Of a stretch of 64,000 nt of DNA, positions 51,213-63,250 are shown in pieces (position 1 is the stretch's first letter; each line of letters starts with the position of its first letter). The notes below the pieces were generated by a model. The model was given only the letters and a program-made list of their open reading frames with translations, was not told where the DNA came from and searched no databases. The translations under genes were made by a program, and so were the position numbers. The stretch spans positions 186,001-250,000 of the forward strand of contig MU058654.1 in the NCBI GenBank assembly GCA_013265495.1, given 5' to 3'. Source of the DNA: Vicugna vicugna (lineage: Eukaryota).

Positions 51213-53239
51213 TTTATGTTACTTCTGATTTTAGGGGCTATCCTCATGTTTACGTTAAGTCTTTAAAAAATATAATGTCAAGTTAATGAAACAAAGCATC
51301 ACATAAAATGTAAAGGTTACTTTCAAATTATAAAACTAATACATGCTTATGGTAGAAGAAAGATTAATATTTTAGAAATTACTTTTAATGCCAATATTCA
51401 AAAACAGGCAGTTTTTGTATCCTTTCATCCAGTTATGATCTATACATATTGCTTTTAAAGTAGGTTATTTCATAGTGTTTATATAAAATTTGTATTTTGC
51501 TTGGAAGTTGATGTATGAGGAATATATAACTGATTCTCAATAAAAAAGACCCAATACAGAGGCCAATCCTGATAAGACAAATGTTAATTGTCAGATGAAG
51601 AAGTTAGAGTAGTTTTCATTATGATGCTCAGTAAGGTAAAGGAAAATACACTCACAATAATGAAAAGTTAGGAAACTCAGCAGAGAGGGGAAAGGAAAAT
51701 GTATTAAAAATCACATTGATACTCTAGGAGTGAAAGATACAATATCTAAAATTTAAAAATCACTGAATGGGCTTAATAGCAGAATGGAGATAATGGAGAA
51801 GAAAATCAATTGACCTGAAGATAGATCAATAGAAATGATACAATCTGAAGAGAGAGAAAAAAGCTCCAAAGTAATCAGCTGAGCCTCAGAGACAGATATA
51901 TCAAGATTAATTTATCTAAAAAGCATGCAAGTGGAGTTGAAAAAGGGGATATGGGAAAGGGGAGGGGACAGGAGAATGATATTTGCAAAATTGCCAAAGT
52001 TTCTCAACTTTGGTGAATGGTGTAAATTTATAAACTCAAAGAATCTCAGTAAACTCCAAAAATGACGAACATGGTGAGGTGTATACCAAGGCACACCATA
52101 GTCAAACTGCTGGAAATCAAAAGTAAAGATAAAATCTTGAAAGCAGCCAGAGAAAAATGACACTTTATGATAGATGCACAGTAATTTCAGTGCATCTCCT
52201 CAGAAATAATGAGTCCAAAAACAACAAAGTCATATTTAAGATGCTAAGAGGAAAAATAAAACAAAAACCTAATCTAGAATTCTGTATGTAATGAAAACAT
52301 CCTTTGAGAAACTTTTTTTTTTTGATAAAGGAAATCTAAAAGCACTTCTAAGCTACACGCTTCACTACAAGAAATAGTAGATAAATTTCTTTAGACTGAA
52401 GGGCAATGATATCAAAGTGAAACTCAGATCTTCTGAAGAAATAAGAATCAGAAATGGTGAATATCTAAATAAATATAACTGATTGATATTTCCTCTTTTC
52501 CTCTCATTTCTTTAAAATAGATACAGTTATTTAATATATATCTTTATTTTATTTTTGTTCAGTATGATACTTTTTTCTGTTGATGGACTTCACATGAAGT
52601 CTACGGTATAAATGATACCTAGTGTTGATAAATTAAGAAAAAACAAAAATTTGTTATTTGAAAGATAAACAAACTGATCAACCCTTAACTAGACTGACCA
52701 AGGGGAAAAGAAAACAAAAATATTAGGAGTGAAAGGAGGGTTATCACCACAGAATCAGCAGACATTAATAAGACAATGGCCACATCACCTAAACAATTTA
52801 CATGAAATGGACACATCTCTTGAAAAATAGAACAAGAAAGCTGATACAAGACCAAACAGAAAACCTGACCAGCCCAATACTTTTAAAATAAATTAAATAT
52901 ATTATCAAATAAATTAAATGTATTATCAAAAACTTTTCCACCAAGAAAATGTTTTTAGTGGTGAATTCTATCAAACACACAAGGTACATATAATTAATAT
53001 TACACAGACGCTTTCAAAAAACAGAGGAAGAGAGATTACTTCTCAAACATGACAAGTGCAGTACCAAAATGAATAAAATCACTCACGAATACGGATGCAA
53101 AAAATGTAACAAACTATTACCAAAATGAGTTTTTAAAAAATGTATAAGATGGATAATAGAGCATGATCAAATAGCATTTATCCAGGCACACAAGATTATT
53201 TTGACATTCAAAAATGAATCACTGTGATACACATAGCAT

Positions 53240-53722
53240 TGGATAATTTTGATCAGTCTGCACTGACCACAGGCTTATCTCCAGAGCTACTGATTCTCAG
53301 ACAGTGCTATGGAATCTATCACTTAAATATCAAAAATGTCCTGTAAACATCTGTACATGAGGTGTTTCAGAGATTTTATCACCTTGTCAATATTGTTTAT
53401 TCATAATTAGATTTATAAATTGCACCAGGTTTCAGTGGAGCCCCCCTGGTTGGGTAGGACCTCAAAGATTAAAGCTGCTCACACACTTAGAAGGCACCTA
53501 TGTGATCATGAGCAGACTGGGGGGCTTTCTGTCACTGGGAGACCTCACATGCATGCCAGTAGTGGCATGAGACCTGGAGCAACACAGCAGTGGGAGAGCC
53601 AAGAGCCTGTGCGTGAGATCCTGAACTTCTATCAACACATCTTCTTCTGTTGCTGAAATTTATCCTTTACCTATAGTAAAGCTGACCCATGACTATAAAG
53701 TACTTGAGTCTCCAATTAGTGT
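53240..53722 (+). mobile_element. LTR remnant (MER21/MER74/MER77-like) nested in L1 ORF2
   Basis: GC-richer block interrupting the L1 NVIHHI motif; TTGCTGAAATTTATCCTTTACCTATAGTAAAGCTGACCCATGACTATAA resembles the polyA region of these LTRs. Confidence 0.45.
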
Positions 53723-54094
53723 CATAATTTACCACATTTATAGAATATAAGAGAAAAAACATGATAATTTCAATTTATATAGGAGAAGAATTTGACAGAT
53801 CTCAACACAAACTGATGGTGAAAATGTTCACAAATTCTAATTAGGAGGGATGTCCCTCAATCCAATAAAGATAATCTACAAATGATTTACAGCAATATCA
53901 TATTTAAAGGTAAAATATTTAATGTTTTAACACAACGGGAAGAATAAAATAAGGATTCCCTCTCCCACTTACCAGTTTTATTAAGCATTCTATTAGCAGT
54001 CCTAACTATTGAAATAAGGCAAAAACGAGAAATTAAAGGCATGAAGAGCAGAAAGGAAGAAATCGAACTCTTTCTCTTTGAAAATGACATGATT

Positions 54095-54857
54095 TTTTTT
54101 TCTGAACAATATAACATTTTTATTGATTTATAATCATTTTACAATGTTGTGTCAAATTCCAGTGTAGAGCACAATTTTTCAGTTATACATGAACATACAT
54201 ATATTCATTGTCACATTTTTCTCTCTGTGAGCTACCATTAAGATCTTGTGTATATTTCCCTGTGCTATACAGTATAATCTTGTTTATCTATTCTACAATT
54301 TTGAAATCCCAGTCTATCCCTTCCCACCCTCCGCCCCCTTGGCAAACACAAGTTTGTATTCTATGTCTATGAGTCTGTTTCTGTTTTGTATTTATGCTTT
54401 GTTTGTTTGTTTGTTTTTTAGAGTCCACATATGAGCGATCTCATATGGTATTTTTCTTTCTCTTTCTGGCTTACTTCACTTTGAATGACATTCTCCAGGA
54501 GCATCCATGTTGCTGCAAATGGCGTTATGTTGTCTGTTTTTATGGCTGAATAGTATTCCATTGTATAAATATACCACCTCTTCTTTATCCAGTAGTCTGT
54601 TGATGGACATTTAGGCTGTTTCCATGTCTTGACTATTGTAAATAGTGCTGCTATGAACATTGGGGTGCAGGTGTCATTTTGAAGTAGGGTTCCTTCTGGA
54701 TATAAGCCCAGGAGTGGGATTCCTGGGTTGTACAGTAAGTCTATTCCCCAGTCTTTTGGGGAATCTCCATACTGTTTTCCACAATGGCTGTACCAAACTG
54801 CATTCCCACCAGCAGTGTAGGAGGGTTCCCCTTTCTCCACAGCCTCTCCAGCATTTG
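54095..54857 (-). mobile_element. Young 5'-truncated L1 nested in ancient L1
   Basis: ORF 54418-54840 contains the ORF2 C-terminus; TSD GAAAATGACATGATT (54080-54094) / GAATATGACATGATT (54858-54872). Confidence 0.96.
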
Positions 54858-55785
54858 GAATATGACATGATTGTTTACATTAAAAAAAAAAAAGTCCTAA
54901 GGAATTTACAAAACAACTACTAGAACTAAAAAAGGGAATTCAGAAAGGTCTCAGATTCAAGGTAAATAAACAAAATCAAATGTATTTTTTTATATTAGCA
55001 CCAGTTAGAAACAGAAATAAACCATTTACAATAGCCTCAAAAAACATAAAATACTTAGGAAACTTAAAAAGAGATGTGTAAGTCATTTACACTGAAAACT
55101 ATAAATCATTACTAAAGGACATTAAAGATGACCTAAATGAATATATCATTTAGGAATGTATTATTTTCTTGAATTAAAAAAACTCAGTGTTTTTCCCCAC
55201 TTTTATATAAGTATTCAGTCTAATCCAAATGAAAATTCTACCAGATTTGTTTTCTAAGAAAAAAAGTCCAGACTTTGAGAGCCTAATACAACAACGTATA
55301 TGAGAGTTCAAACCAGGTAGTAGAGTTTAATTTTAGGAAGAAGGATTAAGACGTAAACTTTATACTACCTGATTTGAAGATTGTGTAGCATTGGTGAGAG
55401 AACAGACATTTAGATAAATAGAACAGAATGGAATCTAGAAAGTCTCAAATGTATGTGACCAATAGATTCTTGACAATGGAGGATGAGAATTCTATACTGC
55501 AAATCACAATGAAACAAATGAGCATCTATATGGGGAAAAAGTGGCCCTTACATCACACAATAGACAGCATTTACTAGAAACAAAGCACGGATATCATGCC
55601 AAAGGTGAAAAATATAAAAAGGCAGGGGGACGTTTACAACTTTTGGTAAAGATTTCTTAGCTTAGACACAGCACATGAACCACTGGCAATGATAAGTACG
55701 ACTGCACTGAAATAAAAGATGTTTGTGTTTATTTAAGAAAATAAAAGGCAAAGGATAGAATGATTTTTTTAAATGTTTGCAATAT

Positions 55786-55786
55786 A

Positions 55787-55829
<43 letters not shown>
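55786..55829. repeat. (TG)n(TA)n compound microsatellite
   Basis: TGTGTGTGTGTG followed by about 16 TA units. Confidence 0.95.
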
Positions 55830-55833
<4 letters not shown>

Positions 55834-56639
55834 AAAAATTTCTACCCAGAATATATAAAGAATGCATATAATCCAATAACAAAAAAGAAAGAATTTTTAA
55901 AAGACAAAAATTTGAAAAGACTCTTCACAAAAGAAGTTACATCACCAACAGGTACTAGTATATATCCATTATAACAGTCAAAATTAAGAAGACTGCCAAC
56001 ACCACGTGTTGATAAAGACACGGAACAGTGAAATTCTGGTGGAATGTAAAATGGTACAGTTACTGTGAAAACCCTTTGCAGTTTCTTAAAAAGTGCAACA
56101 TACACCTACTTCTAAGTATTTACCTAAGAAAAGTGAAAGTATATGTCAGCACAAACACTTGTATAGGAAGGTCCATAATAGTTTTATTTTGAAGAGCCAA
56201 GACTAAAAGCCACCCAAATGTCCATCAACAGGTGAATGGATAAATAAAATGTGGTTAGTGGGTAATATGAAATTATACTTAATAAAAAAAAGAACAAACT
56301 ACTGACATAAAATAAGCACCTTCAAATAGTTATGTTGAGTAAAAGAAGTGAGGTATAAAAATTAATACAGTATATTTTCATTTACATTAAATTTTTAAAA
56401 AAAGAATGCGAACTAATCCACATGGACAAAAAACATTGGTTTCCTAGGGGCAGAGGATGAAACAGCCTGCAAAACGGCAGCAGAAAACTTGCTGGTGTTG
56501 AAAATGATTGGTGTCATGATGATAGCAGTGGTTTCACAACTGGATATGTTTGTCAAAATACACTGAATTGTCAGTTTAAATGGATGAAGTTTATTGCACA
56601 TAAAGTATATCTCAAAAATTGATTAAAATATTATTCTGC

Positions 56640-58195
56640 AGCAATAAGGGTGAACATGTCTTACCAGATATTACAATGCTACAAATAATCTGTTAAAAAA
56701 AACTGTTTTGGTACATGTGTAGATTAACAGATGAATAAAACAATAATAAAATGCAGAAATAGTGCAAAAGGAAATTAGGCACATATAAAAGTGACACCTC
56801 AAAACCAGAGAAGCAAGTGTCGACTTTTTAATAAATGATGTCAGGATCATGGATCACCATACAGAATATGATTAAATTTGATCTTTTTTACACTTTATAG
56901 TGTGATACATTCCAAATGGGTCACAGATTTTTAAAAGAAGTGAACAAATTATTCTCTAACCTCAAAAGGAGAAAACCGTCTAACTATAATCCAATATCAG
57001 CAAATAGTAAGGGAAAGAATAACAAATATGGCTATGAGAAAGAACACTTACAATGAGGGAAAGACACCAAAAGCAAAGTAAAATGACAACTGTCAAACTT
57101 GGGGAAATCTTTGCAATTTTTTTTTATATCACTGATGAAAGATTTACGTCTTTAGTGTGTACAGATCTGTTGAAATAGATACAAAAAAGACCAAGAACCT
57201 GACTGAAATATGGGCAAGAGATATGAACTGCCAGTTCACTAAATGGAAAACCAAGCGACACTTAAATATACGAAAACATACCAAACTCACTCATAAAAAG
57301 AGAAATATAAATTAAAACTGCCTGGAAATACAATTTCCCATCACTCAGAATGGTAAATATCCTAAAGTTGGCAACCTGCTTTGTCGAAAAGAGGCCCTTT
57401 TATAACCGCTGATGAGACTTTCAGTTTTTAAAAATTAAGTAAAAAGGAAATTAATACAGCTGTTTTGGAAGACAGTTTGGCAATTTCTTACCAAGCTAAA
57501 CATAGGCTGACCATAAAATCCAACAGTTATGTTTCCAGGTGTTTTCACAAATGAACTGGAAACATGTCTGTTTGAAAACCTTGCCGTGAATATTGATAGA
57601 AACATATTCATAATTGCCAAAACTTCAAAGCAACCAAGACATCCTTCAGTAGGTAAATGGATAAACAAACGGTGATACATCCAGAGGAAGGATTGCTATT
57701 TAGTGATAAAAAGACATAAGCTATCAAGCCACCGGAAGACATGAAGAAAGCTTAAATGCATATTGCTAAGTGGAAGAAGCCCATCTGAAAAGGCTACATC
57801 CTGTATGAATTCCAGCCACGTGGCATTCTGGAAGAAGATTCTAACAAGACCAGTAGTTGCCAGGAGTTCAGCAAAAGGGGGGAATGCATGAATAGATGGT
57901 TCATGGGGGATTTTTAGGGAGGTAAGGCTATTCTGTGTTTTACTACAGTGGTAGCTACATGTCATTATATCTTTGTCAAAACCCACAGAACTGTAAGACA
58001 CAAAGAGTGAACCCAAATGCAAACTACAGACTTGAGTTAACAATAATGTATCAACATGGTTTCATCAATTATTGCAAATATACCACACAGGATATTTACA
58101 ATAGGGTAAAGTTGGAGGAAGCTATATGAGAACTCTATTTTCAGTATATATTTTATAAGAAGTTAAAATGCTTTAAAATATTTTTTAAGTAAATT
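56640..58195 (+). mobile_element. Ancient L1 ORF2 3' remnant followed by L1MC-type C-terminus and 3' UTR
   Basis: TGGGCAAGAGATATGAAC; TTTGGAAGACAGTTTGGCAATTTCTTA; GCAACCAAGACATCCTTCAGTAGGTAAATGGATAAAC; CTTTGTCAAAACCCACAGAACTGTA. Confidence 0.85.
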
Positions 58196-58199
58196 AGGC

Positions 58200-58520
58200 T
58201 AAGCAATGATAAATGTTTCAGAATAAACAAAGGGTCGAATGGGTGACGGAACATGGCGATGGGGAAGGGGACACAAGGTCATGTGTGGTGGGAGAGTGGT
58301 CAGAGTCAGCCTCACAGAGAAGGCGAGACTTGAGCCATGTTTGCAGTAGATGAGATGGTGCGATGGAGGCAAGAGCGTGATGGGGAGAAGGAGCAGCTGA
58401 AGGCAGGGATCCAGAGCAAGGCACTTAGCAAAGAGGGAGGAGGACAGGTCACTGGAGCAGCCCACTGTGTGGAGAAGAGACCTGAAATCTGTAAGATGAA
58501 GGGACTTGCCTGAGACTGAG
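58200..58520 (-). mobile_element. L2 fragment
   Basis: GAGTGGTCAGAGTCAGCCTCACAGAGAAGGCGAGACTTGAGC matches antisense L2. Confidence 0.6.
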
Positions 58521-58547
58521 ACAGGAGGGAAGGGGGCAGGGCACAAC

Positions 58548-58956
58548 TATTGAAGGAATGACACAGCAGTTGAGGACAGGACAAACTGGTTACAATCAAG
58601 ATGGCGGAAGCTTCGACTTCCAGTAGACCTTGAGCCTCATGGTGCACCCGCAGGCACCAAGACAGTTCCTAAGCTGATTTTAAGAGGTCAAAAAGTGGGT
58701 GGGGGCCCCGATTCCTGGAAATCCTTCCCCTTCCCCAAAGTAGTTGGAATAATCCTCATACTCATTAATATATGAAATGACCAAGACCATAAAACCTAAC
58801 AGCTCCATGCCTCGTAGTTGCTCTCTCTTGCGTTTTGAGACAGCCCACATTCTGTCTATGGAGCATGTATCTCTCTAAATAAACTTGCTTTCAATTTACC
58901 ATGGCTTGCTCTTGAATTATTTCCATCACGAGGCAAGAACCTATTCTGCAGCAACA
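58548..58956 (+). mobile_element. ERV solo LTR (about 409 bp)
   Basis: Ends TATTG...CAACA (TGTTG/CAACA type); CATAAAA TATA-like near 58788; AATAAA at 58878-58883 followed by CTTGCTTTC; no clean TSD visible. Confidence 0.8.
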
Positions 58957-59443
58957 AGATCACACAACTCAGCACTTTCAGGTTGGTCAGAGAGACACAG
59001 GAGAGGTCTCCTGGGAGCAGTCCTGTGACCTGGGAGAAAGAGACCCTCCGTGTCCTGTTGTTGTGGGAACAGTCGAGACAGCTCAAGGCAGGATGCACGG
59101 AGCTGCGTGTGGTCCCGGATAAGCTTTCCTCCCAACCAGGTGAGTATCTGCTCTCTTCCTTCAACCGGCAGACCGTGTGGTTTCACTTTATTTCTTGCCA
59201 AACTCAGAACCGCAACCCCAAATCCCTGTTTTTAAACTGAAGGAGATAAATTATTTTTAACCAAAAACCTCTTGTTAAGAAAACAGGAGTAGAAATTTTA
59301 ACTTTTGGCTGAAACTAAGACAGCAGAGAAAGTAGCTGATTTTATTTACATCATGGCTGGAGGCACAAGCAGATATAGAACAAGACAGAATTAGAAGGGC
59401 AAAGCTGGTCTTTTTAATGCTTCACTTAAAAGTCTCCTGAGTA

Positions 59444-60183
59444 AAAAGAAACCCTCCTACACTGTTGGTAGGAATGTAAATTGGTGCAGCCACTACGGAA
59501 AACAGTACAGAAGTTCCTTAAAAAACTAAAAATAAAACTATACTATGATCCAGCAATCCTGCTCATGGGCATATATACAGAGAAAACTCTAACTCAAAAA
59601 GATACCTGCATTCCAATATTCATAGCAGCACTATTTACAAGAGTCAAGACATGGAAGCAACCTAAGTGTCCATCAACAGATGACTAGATAAAGAATTTGT
59701 GGTATTTATGCAATGGAATATTACTCAGCCATAAAAAAGAATGAAATAATGCCATTTGCAGCAACATGGATGCACCTAGAGATTATCATATTAAGTGAAG
59801 TAAGTCAGACAGAGAAAGACAAATATCATATGATATCACTTATATATGTGGAATCTAGAAAAAAAAGATACAAATGAACTTATTTACAAACTGGAAATAG
59901 TCTCATGGACATAGAAAATAAACTCTGGTTACCAAAGGGGAAAGAGGTAGGGGGAGGGATAAATTAGGAGTTTGGGATCAACACATACACACTACTATAT
60001 ATAAATAGATAGACAACAAGGACCTACTGTATAGCAGAGGGAAATATATTCAATATCTTATAATAACTTACAATGGAAAATTACCTGAAAAAGAAGAATA
60101 TATATGTGTGTGTGTGTGTAACTGAATCACCTCCCATACACCCAAAATTAACACAACATTATAAATCAACTATGCTTCAATTT
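59444..60183 (+). mobile_element. 5'-truncated L1 (ORF2 C-terminus and 3' UTR), intermediate age
   Basis: ORF 59481-59687 ...FIAALFTRVKTWKQPKCPSTDD; TT|AAAA site; 16-bp TSD AAAAGTCTCCTGAGTA (59428-59443) / AAAAGCCTCCTGAGTA (60184-60199). Confidence 0.95.
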
Positions 60184-60369
60184 AAAAGCCTCCTGAGTAC
60201 TCTGGATGGTGAGTGTCAGAGGACATTCCCTGGTGACAGTGGGGCAGGGCCACCCTAGAAGGCAGTTGGATTGGTGAATGTCATGGTGTGCCAAACTTTT
60301 GAAATGGTCCCTGGGTGTAAACAAAACCCCAGAGTAAGTCTGCCTGCTTAAAACTGGCATCAACCCAAT

Positions 60370-60555
60370 TTGTGTTTATATCCCAACTCCGCTATCCAGC
60401 AAAATAACTTAGGAGAGTTATCTAACCTCTTTTCCATGCTAGAAAGTCATCCTTGATTCCTAATAGGTTTTGGGGGAAGATTAAGTAAGTCTGTGCGTGT
60501 AAAATGCAGAACCTAGGGCCTGGAATGGAGGAAGTGCTCATGAAAAGCTAGCCTA
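60370..60555 (+). mobile_element. MIR SINE
   Basis: AGTTATCTAACCTCT...GAAGATTAAGTAAG...GTAAAATGCAGAACCTAGGGCCTGG...AAGTGCTCA. Confidence 0.65.
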
Positions 60556-61174
60556 AGGCATGAAACTACAGACACCAATCTGGGCACACACTTCTCTGTA
60601 CCACCACCAACAAAGTCATCATGGAAAGGGGGAGACGTGTTTCCACGGAGCAGAAAGAGGCTTTAAACAGCTTTTCAAAAAGTGAAGCCCAAGTCGCTGT
60701 CCTTGTAACCGTGGTGTCCCATGAAACATGAATAGTCTCTGGTTTGTAATAGGAGCTAAAGGCAACGAATTGGCCTCTTCCTCTCCTTCCTCCCTCTTTT
60801 TCTTCATTCTCCTCTTCCTTTCTCACGGTCCTTTATCTCAGATATTAGCATCACATCCCAAGGAAAATGGAAACTGATTTCTCCGTTTCTTACAGCCCTG
60901 ACATTTTACCTGGCACCAACTACTTTCTATTCTGCCTTTCCAGTGTTGCTCATGTCCACACCCTCGTGTCCATCCTCACTGCCTGCACCATTTCTCATCC
61001 CTGCGTCCAGTCTCTTGACCTTCCAGCCATCTGTCCTAATGCTGCCAGAGTCGTCCTTCTGAAACTCAGGCCAAGCTCTATTTTATAGCTTCAGACTAAT
61101 ATATTCAAATCCACAAAAAGTGAAGACGCCTAATTTTATTTTTCTTATTTTTTAACAGATTCGTTTAAATATAT

Positions 61175-61365
61175 TTGATCATTACATACTACAGATTATT
61201 AGATCCCTATTTTATTGCATCCTCCCATTTCCAAAAGGGCAGTAGTTCCCATCTCCACTTTCCAGAAGAGAAAACAGAGCCCCACTGAAATTAATAACAT
61301 GCCCGTACCTTGGAGCTGGTGAAGAGCAGAGCTGGCTTTCCCATTCACGCCCTTCTTTCTACTAC
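61175..61365 (-). mobile_element. MIR SINE
   Basis: CCCATCTCCACTTTCCAGAAGAGAAAACAGAGCCC...TAACATGCCC...GCAGAGCTGG. Confidence 0.6.
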
Positions 61366-62849
61366 ACCTCTCTGCTCAAGAGTTTGCTCATAATAGGGCA
61401 GCTTCAGCTCCGAACTACCAGAAAAAAAAAAGGGAAAAGGCTCATCCCTTATTGAACCCCATTATCCTCAGAGAGTCTACCTGAAATGTTGCTCTGATTA
61501 CCACCAAATGCTTTTTCAGTGTAGTTCCCTGCTTGGAGAAGCAGAGACAGCTCTGCTTGTGAGCAGAAGTTATCCTCCTGAACTGACGTGGGCACAGAAA
61601 AGGTGCTCAAGCCCTGTCTTGGCCCCTGCTTGCATCCATTCCTGAGAACGCTTCTTGTAATTCCACAGGTTCAGAAGCAGTCAATAAAACAAATAGCCAT
61701 TTCAGACTGCCATCCTTTGATGATCATATTTGTAGAATTACAATGTATTTGAAGGTGTGTTAGGGATAACACGTGCTTTGTTGGACAGAGGAAGGATTGG
61801 GAGTCTCTGGTCCAGATGGCTTGCTCTGTCCAAACCCACCTAATGACCCTCAAGGACAAAGTAGGAACACTTCCCACCCTCTGTGGAAGGTATTTCTGAG
61901 GATCAGTTAATTAAAATGATATTAGTGAAGATGCATCTCTACAGCACACATGAACACCCCGCAAACAACCTCTCTAAGGAGGTGGCCTTGAGTGGTTTTG
62001 CTTCATAAAGCCTGGGTACCACTTTTCCTTTGATGAAATGACAATAAAGATGGCATAGAGATGCTGGAGAAATGAACGCAAGTAACTCACTAGCACTCAA
62101 CAAACATGAGTTACCTCTGGCCAGATCTGGAAGAAGGCAAAAACTTAAATTACGATGGTAGATGGGAAAGGGGCTGCTAATGAGTCAGGACACCGAATAA
62201 TCTGCCCAGCTTCACTGCGAGTAAGGCTAGGGGGGCCTGAATCCACGCCCCTCACTCCTAGGGGTCTGGCCACACCGGCTGCTACCCTTCTCCCTGCAAG
62301 CACGGTTAGAGGAATAAAACAATTAGAGCATGATGTCAAAATACATTTGACTGTGTCATAACCCCAGTGTAATATGACACAATGGAAATTTCAATTACGC
62401 AGTGTGTTTGAGTGCAGAAGACCAGAGACATCGGGGGCACCCCTGCGTAATTAGCAGCTAATGCAGTCCAGGCAGGCACACGGTAACTCTGCGGTCGCCA
62501 GCATTTATGCCCACTCGGAGGGCAGCCCCTTTATGTAAATATAAAAAGATAATTGCTATGGGGGGGGAAGGAGCAGGTATTGTTTATTTCAGGGATAAGG
62601 AGGAGTGGGGTTTTCAATGCACAAAGCAGCCAGGAAGCGTGCCGCTTCTTCAAAGAGTGTGGAAACGAGGCTCAGCCACTCCGGAATCCTTCCACGCCCA
62701 GGATGCGCCGGGGGTAAATGGACACACACAGAGACGAAGTTGCTGGAGCTTATTTATAGAAGCTTTCCCTCATCTCGTCTTTAAACATCAACAAAAGCGA
62801 AGACCTGGCCCTGACTGGCTTCATCAACAGCATATGGAATAAATTATGC

Positions 62850-63250
62850 CTAACGACAGGCGTACAGCCGCTTTGCCACCACTGGGCGAGGATGCTGAGC
62901 TTCGCGCGGTTCGGTTTGGCAGCCCAGCCGCTGGCTCCCTGAGTCCCTGTAACTGCGCGGATGAGTGGGGCAGTGGAGGGAGCGAGGCTAGCTAATTGGA
63001 AAGGGGGAGCACTTTACAAACACCATTACATGAAACGTGAGAAGTGTAACGTGGCAGGAAGCAGGCAGCACCTGGTGTCAGCGGCTAATTGTGTTGTTCG
63101 GTGGCATGTTAGCCCCGCGCGCTCCTGCGAACCCGCGTCGCTCGCTTGCCTCGCAGGCGCCACGTCCTGTGACTCGGGCTTGGATTACAGGATGGACCAG
63201 TTGGGTGGCAGCATCCTCCGGGAGTCACGTTTCCTTTAAGTGAACGCAGG
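62850..63250. promoter_or_regulatory. Small CpG-island-like segment, candidate regulatory element
   Basis: About 30 CpGs by hand count in 400 bp of non-repeat sequence, against a CpG-depleted background. Confidence 0.6.

Larger units (their letters stand above)
51560..56630 (+). mobile_element. Long, internally deleted ancient L1 (ORF1, ORF2, 3' UTR) hosting nested insertions
   Basis: Collinear motifs: ORF1 (TGAATGGGCTTAATAGCAGAATGGA, AAAATCTTGAAAGCAGCCAGAG), ORF2 (TGAAAATGACATGATT, CTGAAAACTATAAA), C-terminus (CCCAAATGTCCATCAACAGGTGAATGGATAAA) and 3' UTR. Confidence 0.85.

Noticed and set aside
52886..52927. 21-bp tandem duplication inside old L1
   Set aside because: Real but an ordinary slippage event in dead AT-rich repeat sequence
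54418..54840. 140-aa ORF with convincing protein-like sequence (also 27544-27807 and 59481-59687)
   Set aside because: L1 ORF2 C-terminal residue inside 5'-truncated copies, not a host gene
62876..62889. CTCF-like CCACCACTGGGCGA
   Set aside because: Mismatches at core positions of the CTCF consensus; not supportable without a PWM scan
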